Origin: the human T2T-CHM13v2.0 reference genome, Homo sapiens | NCBI RefSeq assembly: GCF_009914755.1 | Contig: NC_060933.1 | DNA length: 64,000 bases | Reading direction: 5' to 3' (one strand) | Shown here: positions 55,115 through 64,000 of the stretch, piece by piece | Layout of the letters: each line of letters begins with the position of its first letter | Numbering within the stretch: the first letter of the stretch is position 1 | The notes under the pieces: generated by a model | What the model saw: only the letters and a program-made list of their open reading frames with translations | The model's database searches: none | What the model was told of the DNA's origin: nothing | Position numbers and translations under genes: made by a program

Positions 55115-57935
55115 TTTTCATTCAAGATGGCAGTCTATACAATGATAATGGCCAACTTCTGTCATGAGCTTTTAAAAATTGTAGTAGAAAAATAAAACTA
55201 CTTAATGAAAGAAAGTGGGAGAGGAATCATTTAGCAAAATTTTACATTTTATAAAAAAGACAAAAGGGACTTTTGCTCTCATTCATCGTGACTTAATTAG
55301 TGAAGGCTTTGTCCTCCCAGTGAAAACAACTACAATATTTTTAAAAATTATGTGAAACAGCTATATGCAGATATTGGACAACAGGTGAGGAATGGAAGTG
55401 AAAGAGATTATTCCTATTATTATCCTAGCTTTTTGCCTGGAAGTACTTTCAGAAGCCTGCCACACAGAGGGGAAAAAACAAGCAGAACATAGTAGTTGTG
55501 CTGAGTTGAGAATACTGACTTCACGGTTCATCAAGTGTGAGACACTGGAATTTGTAGGGAAGATTATGTAGAGGAGGAAGTCCTGCAAAATAAAAGCTTT
55601 AGAAATCTGCATAGGTGTCCATTTGAGTCTGTTGTGAAATAGCACACATATAAAACAGCAAGGCAAAGCAAAGAATTGAGAATGTTATGAAATAAAATGG
55701 CTCAAAAATATAAAATGTTAGAAAATATTCAATCCTAATTAGCTGCAGTAGACTTTGTTGTATCCTGAACATTCAGTATAGGATCTGGGAAGGTTATGAC
55801 TTTTAGTAGAACTAAACTAACCCTATAAACTCAAGACAGACCCTAACAATGCTTAAAAACAAACTTCAAAGGGTTCAAGCTGCTCTACAATTAACAGTCT
55901 TCAAAACAACTAATTTTTTTAAAAGAAAGACAACAAAATCTAGGCAGTTAGCAGTGTATTATTCACAGTGTGAAGCAAATAGAAAAAATAAAGTCCTAAA
56001 CCTAATAAAAGTCATTTATAAAAAACTTACATGTAATGTTTTATTTAATGATAAAATACTGAATACTTCAATACTTCACCCTTGAAATCAGGAAACTAAG
56101 GATGGCTGCTTTCACCATTCCTACTTAATCATACTCTGGACATTCTAGCCATTTTGATAAGACTAAATAAATAATATAGAGAAAAATAATGAACAAATTG
56201 TTTTTATTTGCATATAACCTGGCCATTCATATAGATGATTCCAAGGAATTTACAAAAAAGCTATCATAACCATTAAATAAATTTAGTAAGTATCATTGAG
56301 TATTTGGAGAAACTGGCACTCTCATATATTGTTGAGGAAAACACAAAATAAATCAAGTACTTGGGAGAATAGTTTAGTAGTTTATTAAAATGTTAAACAT
56401 ACATTTACTGTACAACTGAGAAATTCAACGGGATAGGTAACAACCTAGGATATATGAAAACATATGTATACACAAAGACTGTGCAAAATGTTCATATCAG
56501 TGTTATTATAATAGCCCCTAAAAGGGAAGTGTTGAAATAGTCATCAGCTGGTGAAAGTATAAGCTAAACATGATATAATTATATAGTTAAATACTAATCA
56601 GCAATAATGTAGAATATGTACAATGTAGAGTATGTACAATGTAGAGTATTATTTCATTTATATTGAAATGAAATAATGTCCCTTTTTTAGAAAAGGGAGA
56701 TCTATATAGGAATAATGCAAATCGGCAATTTTCTGAGGCTGAGAGTGACAACAAATAGGTATGAGGCTATGTTTTTAGAGTAGCAGATATGTTCTTAAAT
56801 ACAGGTTATGGTAATTATTGCACAGCTCCATAAACTTACGAAATTTTTCCAAATAATCCTTGAAATATACGCTTTATAACTGGTGGATATATTAAATTTA
56901 TGGGTTTGTGAACTACAACTCAATATAACTGTTTAAATCAAGAAACTAACACCAAGAAACTCCTGTTTCTTGGAGTCAGGAGTTGAAAAGGGATGGTTTA
57001 GGATGTGGCATAAAGGAAACTTTTGGAGGCTGATGGAAATACTTGTATTTTGATTGTGGTATCAGTTTCACAAAAGCACATATATGTCAAAGCAGTACCA
57101 ACTTGTACTTTCAAAAAGTGAAATTCAATGTGCTGTAACTATAGCTCAACGAAATTATAAAAACACAAAATCATATTTGGGATTACATTTGACTGTTTCT
57201 TCTCTTTTCCAATATGTCCTAAATTAACAAAATCTAGTTAATTGTATAGCAAAATGATAAGCTATTGATTCTATTGGCCATTGGGTAAAGAGAAGTGAAA
57301 CAGTGTGTCCGACATTCTGCAGGCATGGAAGCATATTTTGTAAATAATTTTTTAAAATTGTGATATTGTAAGAATAGTGTAAATGTATTAATTCTTCAAG
57401 TGTAACTGTTTAATAGCAGTCCTCTATTGGTAAAATAACTTTTTACGATCAAACCAAAACATTTAAATTAAAAACTTAGTGTGTGGGCCAAACTGAAGAT
57501 TAGACAGAACTGAAGAGGAGGTTAAGAAATGCTGAGGATAAATTAGGAAGACCTATAAGTTGTCTAATAACAATTCTAGAAGAAAAGAGTACAGCAATAG
57601 ACAAAGGATAATAACTGAGCATATTCCAGAATTTATGAAAGACATATATCCTCAGACCACAGAAATACAGTGAGTCCCAAACAGGATAAAAATGTAAAAC
57701 TTGGTTACATCATCATGAAAGGCAGGACTCAAAAGCAATGAAAAGATGTTAGAGGAAAGATCTCAGACAGAAAAGAATGATTGTTAAACACAGGAATATT
57801 AATTGGCAAGAAACAGACTTCTAAATAATTATAATAACAAGGGGCAAAGGGTAATTATAAAACTAGGAAAATACATCCAGGGAAATGAGAAAGAGGTAAA
57901 ATTTAAGAACTTTTTTAAAGCAAAAAATACAAAGA
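55115..57935 (+). mobile_element. Mosaic of very old L1ME/HAL1-like fragments
   Basis: 5'-end-like ttcaagatggcag; RT-like ttttatttgcatataacctggcc; L1ME 3' tails at about 56700-57165; ORF1-like sequence 57480-57800. Internal boundaries are unresolved. Confidence 0.55.
56606..56649. repeat. 16-bp tandem repeat, 2.75 copies
   Basis: aatgtagaatatgtac aatgtagagtatgtac aatgtagagtat. Confidence 0.9.
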
Positions 57936-57939
57936 ATCT

Positions 57940-60290
57940 GAAGAAACTACAATGCACTTTGGATATTCCAGAAAAAATGGATTGATTTTTAGACACATAC
58001 AACCTACCAAAACAATCATGAAGAAATAGAAAATGTGAACAGATCAATAATAAATAAGAATACTGAATCAATAATAACATGTCCCCTATCAAAAGCGCAG
58101 GACCTGGTGGCTTCAAAGCTGAAGTCTACCAACATTTAAAGAACTAATAACAATCCTTCTCAAACTCTTCCAAAAGGAAATACTTCTAAACTCATTGTGC
58201 CAAGGCCAGTATTACTCTGATGCCAAAACCAGACATGAGCACTACAAGAAAAGAAAATTACTGGTCAATATCCCTGATGATCATAGATTCAGAAATCCTC
58301 AACAATATACCAGCAAACCAAATTGAAAAACACATAAAGGAATCATTCACCGTGATAAACGGAGATTTACCCCCTGGATGCAAGGACGATTCAATATATG
58401 CAAGAAATGTAATATACCACGTTGACAAAATAAAGAAATAAAGAATAAACAAAACACAATTATCTCAATAGAAGCAGAAGAAATATTTGACAAAATTCAA
58501 CACTGTTTTAGGATAAAAACTCTCAACAGATTAGATATAGAGGGAATGTACTTCAAAACAATAAAGGGCATAAATCACAATCCCAGAGCTAACATCATAC
58601 TCAAACATAAAAATAGAAAAGTTTTTCTTCTAAGATCCGGGACAGTACAAAGCCAGTGCTGTTAGGTAAGGGCAATAAAAAAAGGAATCCTAACAGGGAA
58701 AAAATAAAATTATCTGTTTCTTGATAACATAATCTTACATATAGAAAACCCTGAACGATCCACCTTAAAACTGTTAGAACTGATAAACAAATTCAGAAAA
58801 GTTGTGGTTCACAAAATCAAAGTGCAAAAATCAGCAGTTTCAATACGCTAATAACAAATTATCAACAATGGAAATTAAGAAAACAATCCTATTTACAATA
58901 ATATCAAAAAGAATAAAATATTTAAGTGTAAATTTCACCCAGGAGGTAAAAGACCTGTATACTAAAATGTATAAAACAGACAAAAAATAAATTGTTAAAA
59001 CGTCCATACTACCAAAAGCAATCTGTAGATTCAATGCAATACCTATTGAAATGCCAATGATATTTTTCACAGGAGCAGAATAAAAGAATTCTTAAATGTG
59101 TATGAAACCACAAATAACCCCAAATAGCCTGAACAAATTTGAGAAATAAAAAGCTGGAGGTATCACACTTTTTGGTTTCAAAATATAAAAGTATTTGAAT
59201 AAAAACAGCATGGTATTGACATAAAAACAGATACATCAACCAATTGAACATAACAGAAATTTCAGAAATAAACCAATACACTTATGTTTTTGACAGTGAT
59301 ATAAATGACATTTATATTTTTGTCAAGGACACACAATGGTGAAAGGGTGGTCTTATCAATGATGGTGTTAGGGTACTGGCTATCCACATACAGAAGGATG
59401 AAATTAGATTATCTTACAACATAAAAATCAACTCAAAATGGAACAAAGACTTAAGCACAAGACCTAAAATTGTAAAACTACTAGAATATAACAGAGGATA
59501 AATCTCCGCAACATTGTTCTGAGTAATGATGTTTTGGATATGATGCCAAAAGCATGGGCAACAAAAGCAAAAATAGACAAATGGAACTGCATCAAACTAT
59601 AACGTTTCTGCACAGCAAAAGAAATCCTTAACAAAGTGAAGACGTGACTTATAAAATGGGAAATATATTTGCAAACCGTAGATTTGATAGTGGTTAATAT
59701 CCAAGATATATAAGGAACTCAAAGAGCTCAACAGGAAGAAAACAAATAACCCAATTTAAAATGGGCAAAGGACTTAAACACACTTCTCAAAACAATACAT
59801 AAAAAGGACTAACAGATCCCTTGTTAGTGGTGTTAAAAAATGCTTAACATCACTAATCATTAGGGAAATGCAAATTAAAACCACAGTTAGATATCACCTC
59901 ACATCTGTTGGAACTGGTTTCTAAAAAAGTTGAACTCATAGAAATATAGATTAGAAAGATGGTTGCCAGAGGCTTGAGGGGTGAGGTGGGCAGGTATATA
60001 GAGATGGAATAGAAAGTCAAAGGGTACAAGGTTTCAGATAGATAGGAGGAATAAATAAACTTTGAGACCTATTGCACAGAAGGGTGACTGTAGTCAATAA
60101 GAATATATTCTATATTTCAAAATAAAGAGTAAATTTCAAATGTCTCACTGCAAAAAATGATAATTGAGGTGATAGATATGTTAACTAGTTTGATTTAGTC
60201 ATTCTGCATTGTATTCATATATCAAAGCACCACATGTACCCCTCAAAATGAGTATAATTATGATTGGTCATGTAAAAATGATGTTAACAA
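57940..60290 (+). mobile_element. 5'-truncated L1MA5-7-type element with internal deletions at about 58650 and 59915
   Basis: The ORF at 58220, PKPDMSTTRKENYWSISLM, is RT. L1MA 3' end gatagatatgttaactagtttgatttagtcattc. Confidence 0.85.
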
Positions 60291-60549
60291 TACAAACTTT
60301 AAAATTTAATGCAACCCAAAAATCCTGCCCAAACAAGGGCATTGTTTACCATCACCAGACTCTCATTAAAAACAACAACAACAACAACGACAATAAAAAC
60401 TACTATAGGATGTACATTGGGAAAAGAGGGAATATTTTAAAGGAAACATCTAAGCTATAAGAAGGGCCCCTTGAAGAAATTGGTAATGTGTAGACAAAGT
60501 TATTCAATAAATTTCTAAAATAATGATCTGATTAAGAGGTAGAAAGCTT

Positions 60550-61165
60550 TTTTAGGAAATATCAGTAAGGTTGTGGGGAGGTAAGAAAGGAGAAGAAAGA
60601 CAGCCAGTAAGGAGTGTATTATCAAGCATGTTACCTGTGGGAAACTGATGCTTATGCCTTCTGAGGAATTCTGTGAGCCAGTGGAAAACACGTGCCTCCA
60701 AATTTTTCTTCCAAGGAGTGAGACAGTGATATGGTTTGGCTCTGTGTCCCCACCCGAATTTTATGTTATATTCCAATCCCCAATGTTGGGGGAAGGACCT
60801 GGTGGAAGGTGATTGGACCATGGGGTTGGATTTTCCTTTTGTTGTTCTCATGATAGTGAGTGAGTTCTCAGGAGATCTGGTTAAGTGTTTAGCACTTCCC
60901 CTTTTGCTCTCTCTCTCTCTCTCTCCTTCTCTTCCCTGTGAAGATTGTGCCTGTTTCCCTTTAGCTTTCCACTATGATTGTATGTTTCCTGAGACCTCCC
61001 CAACCTTGTCTCTTTAGAGCCTGTGGAACTGTGAGTCAAATAAACCAATTTTCTCCATAAATTAACCAGTCTCAGCTAGTTCTTTATTGCAGTGTGAGGA
61101 CAAATTAATACAGAGAGCTTCACCAACTTCCACTAGTCACTGGCTGAAAGCTGCGTTTTGTTGGG
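60550..61165 (-). mobile_element. LTR33-like fragment interrupted by an MST/THE1 LTR
   Basis: gacagccagtaaggagtgtattatcaagc...; resumes at caccaacttccactagtcactggctgaaagctgc. Confidence 0.6.
60727..61112 (+). mobile_element. MSTA/THE1D-type MaLR solo LTR
   Basis: tgatatggtttggctctgtgtccccaccc ... ttaataca. TSD gacag/gagag. Confidence 0.92.
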
Positions 61166-61199
61166 AAGGGGTGTCCCGTTGAGAGGAAGAGTACCTCCT

Positions 61200-62119
61200 G
61201 TTTTGATAACTTGTGGCAGATTCTCCTTCCTGTGGGGAATGGAGAGCTCTTTCCCTGATGCTCGCTTGATGTGGGGAGATCCCTGTCACCTGTGCTCCCA
61301 GTCACGTAGTGTCTTAGGTTAGGTGTGAAGCCTCAGGCTCCATGGCAGAAGTTTAGATTTTCCCTGGGTGCTTATCTTCAGCAGGAGTTCCCATGATCCC
61401 CTCTTGCCTGTTTTGCCAGGCTGGCATTTTATGGGCAGAGCCACTGTTAGATTGAAGAGTGTGTCTACCTACTCCCACTTCTGTTGTTAATTTGGGGGCC
61501 AGGAGGTTTACGGTCTGGATTCACACCTTCTGTTAAGGAAGAGGATAGTAAGGTGCCCTGTTATTATGCTGTGCCTTCAGTTCTTCATCCCTAACCTCAA
61601 TCCTCAGCTTCCTTTATTCCATCTTCAGAACTCTCCTCTGTGGGCCACTTGAACATTTACAGGATTTATAGTCATCTATGTTAGTCCATTCTTGCATTGC
61701 TATAAACAAATACCTGAGACAGAGTAATTTACAAGAAAAGAGGTTTAATTTGTTCACAGTTCCACAGGCTGTACAGGAAGCAAGGCAGCATCTGCTTCTG
61801 GGGAGGCCTCAGGGAACTTTTACTCATGATGGCAGGCAAAGCAGGAGCAGGACTGAGAGAGAGTACGGAGGTGCCACACACTTTTAAACAACCAGATCAC
61901 GTGAGAACTCTATCACAAGACAGCACTAGGGTGATGGTGCTAAACCATCAGAAACAGCCCTCACGATCCAATCACCTACCCCCAGGCTGCTCCTCCAACA
62001 TTGCAGATTACATTTCAACATGTGATTTGAGTGGGAACAGAGATCCAAACCATATCATCATCATTAGTGGAAAGGAACAGGTAGAGATAAGCCTATGCCA
62101 TCTTGTCTGGGCTGGAAGT
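61200..62119 (-). mobile_element. Old L1ME/HAL1-like 5' end, interrupted by MSTA
   Basis: Terminus gccatcttgtctgggctggaagt is typical of old L1 5' ends in reverse. Confidence 0.45.
61677..62057 (-). mobile_element. MSTA MaLR solo LTR
   Basis: tatgttagtccattcttgcattgctataaa ... atccaaaccatatca, with perfect TSD tcatc. Confidence 0.93.
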
Positions 62120-62226
62120 TTGTGTTTGTTTTTTTTAACTGGAATATGTTTTCCTCAGTTTTAATTTGCAAAGAATTATAAATTATAAAAACACTTTGGC
62201 TAAGAGTTAGTTTTTTGAAAATTAAG

Positions 62227-62267
62227 ACTCTAAACTGTTTAGAAACAGTTTAGAAACAGTTTAGAGT
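62227..62267. repeat. 14-bp-arm inverted repeat with an internal 11-bp tandem duplication
   Basis: actctaaactgttt-ag-aaacagtttag-aaacagtttagagt. Confidence 0.95.
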
Positions 62268-63204
62268 TTGGTGAAACAACCCAAGTGTTTCGACAGATTC
62301 TTGGTTTCTTCAAGATGCTTTGGACCACTGACAGTGTCACTAATTTGTGGGGTGCCCCCTCACTATACTGTAAGAAAACATCTTTAAAGTAGGGGAATAT
62401 GCATCTGAACATTATTAAAAATTAGGTAAAGGAGTGCTATTATTACACTGTGGTTTTTAGATAACTTGCTTACTTCCAGGAGTTCCTTTAAACTTACCAG
62501 GTCTGAGGAAATATAAATGAATAAGACACTAAGATATACGTTGTGTCCTTGAATAGCTAATAATGTAGTAGGTCAGAGAAAGAAACTCATAAATAGTATA
62601 CATAAACAAAAAACGGGACAAGAAATGAAAAGTGAGAGCATAGAGTAAGATAAAAACCTCAAAGTGTAGAAAGATGAAGGAGAAACGTGAAATGGAGAAA
62701 CAGAATAATAGGTAGGCCTCAAAAGAGCCTTGTTCCATAAACCAGTCCCTGAGCAGGGCAGTGCAGCAGATTTTACAAGCCTGTATAAAACTCATTAATT
62801 ACGCACTCAGCATTTATTTTTTCCAAAAGTTTATAGAATGGGAGAAAATAATTTGCCAAATGCTCACTATATACAAAACATGCTATCCTGAGGTTTAATT
62901 TAGGTTACATCTATTCAGGACAACAAATATATTTATTTTAAAAAATCTAACTAAATTTTTCCTGTTTTGAAATTCTGGAACATATTTATCCCTAAGATTT
63001 TATTCTAAAATTTACTCTCCAAAGTCTTGAGAACATTTCTGTAAGTATTGTTTTCATTTCCTTCCAATATGTAAGATGTTGCTGAGTGAAGAAAGAGAAG
63101 GTCCAGACATCTTATTCAAGACCATACAGTTCACCAGCTACATCTTTCATTTCTTCATTACTGTCATTTACTAGCACTGCCACCATTATTTCCCCAAACA
63201 GCTG

Positions 63205-63208
<4 letters not shown>

Positions 63209-63241
<33 letters not shown>

Positions 63242-63252
63242 TATATATATAT
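63209..63252. repeat. (CA)16 followed by a short (TA)n
   Basis: Read directly. Confidence 0.95.
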
Positions 63253-63515
63253 TTTTAAATTTGTGTGTGTAATTTTATATATATTACATTGTATTATATA
63301 TTAATTATATACATACTATGCACCCAGAACTTTAAAAATGCATAAACTATCACTTTAATGATCCTTTCCTTTGGTTAAGAAGCAGTTGGTATGGGCAGAC
63401 ACAGCCATGAGTAAGACTTTGCATGTGAGTTATTTAGTCTTTTTATATCTCAATTTTCTCAATCATTTTTCTCAATTCTTTAGTCTCCCCACATGTTAGA
63501 ATTAAACTCTGTGCC

Positions 63516-63948
63516 TGTGCTATGTGAATTATTATGTTCCTTCATAATAGTGAAAGCAGTATATTCCCTTCAAGTTAATATTGAACTAGACTGCATCACT
63601 TTCTTTGGCCAGTGTAATTCGGGCATGAAAGAAAGATAAGGTGCCAGTTCCAGGCCACAACCTAAAATATCATTGCATGCTTCTGTTTGCTCTATTGTAC
63701 TCTGTAATTACTGGAAGAATATGCTAGGAAAAGTATCAATCCTAGAATCATGAGGGGCACGTACAGCAAACCTGATCCCAAACTCTAGTCTAGCCTCACC
63801 AACCTAAAGCAGACCAGACCAGCTGAGTTGGCCTCGCTTAATGACCTGAAAACTCACATGCATGAAAAGCCAGGCTTATTGTAATAACTCATTACATTTG
63901 GGGATGATTTGTTACCTGGAATTATTGTGAAAGCAGCTGACTAATATG
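63516..63948 (+). mobile_element. MLT1H/I-type MaLR solo LTR
   Basis: actttctttggccagtg...gtgccagttccaggcc...tttggggatgatttgttac...gcagctgactaatatgca. Confidence 0.7.
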
Positions 63949-64000
63949 CACTTCAAAGAGTTATAAAAATGAACTGCTTATATATCTATGTATATATATC

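Overview
This is AT-rich, repeat-dense human non-coding DNA (intergenic or deep intronic). A human-specific AluYb8 identifies the species; the locus cannot be identified from sequence alone. I found no credible protein-coding exon, RNA gene or CRISPR array. Most ORFs in the track are decayed L1, Alu, LTR or microsatellite frames; the rest are short unrecognised frames. Roughly half the window is interspersed repeat: a full-length L1PA7-type element, two twin-primed (5'-inverted) L1s, several older L1 relics, six Alus, MaLR/ERVL solo LTRs, Tigger2a, MER102, MER5A, MIR and L2. The strongest unexplained signal is a set of short, locally templated DNA copies. (1) About 250 bp of the L1PA7's own ORF2 sits inverted in its own 5' region, 3 kb away, with a snap-back junction and an oddly diverged 45-bp flanking duplication. 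(2) A 72-bp piece of unique flank from 1.7 kb downstream is copied into a (TA)n tract of an L1PB. (3) There is a 14-bp-arm palindrome and several replacement-type tandem duplications. These look like fossil template-switch repair scars rather than a new gene system. Repeat subfamily names come from my recall of consensus sequences, not from a database run.
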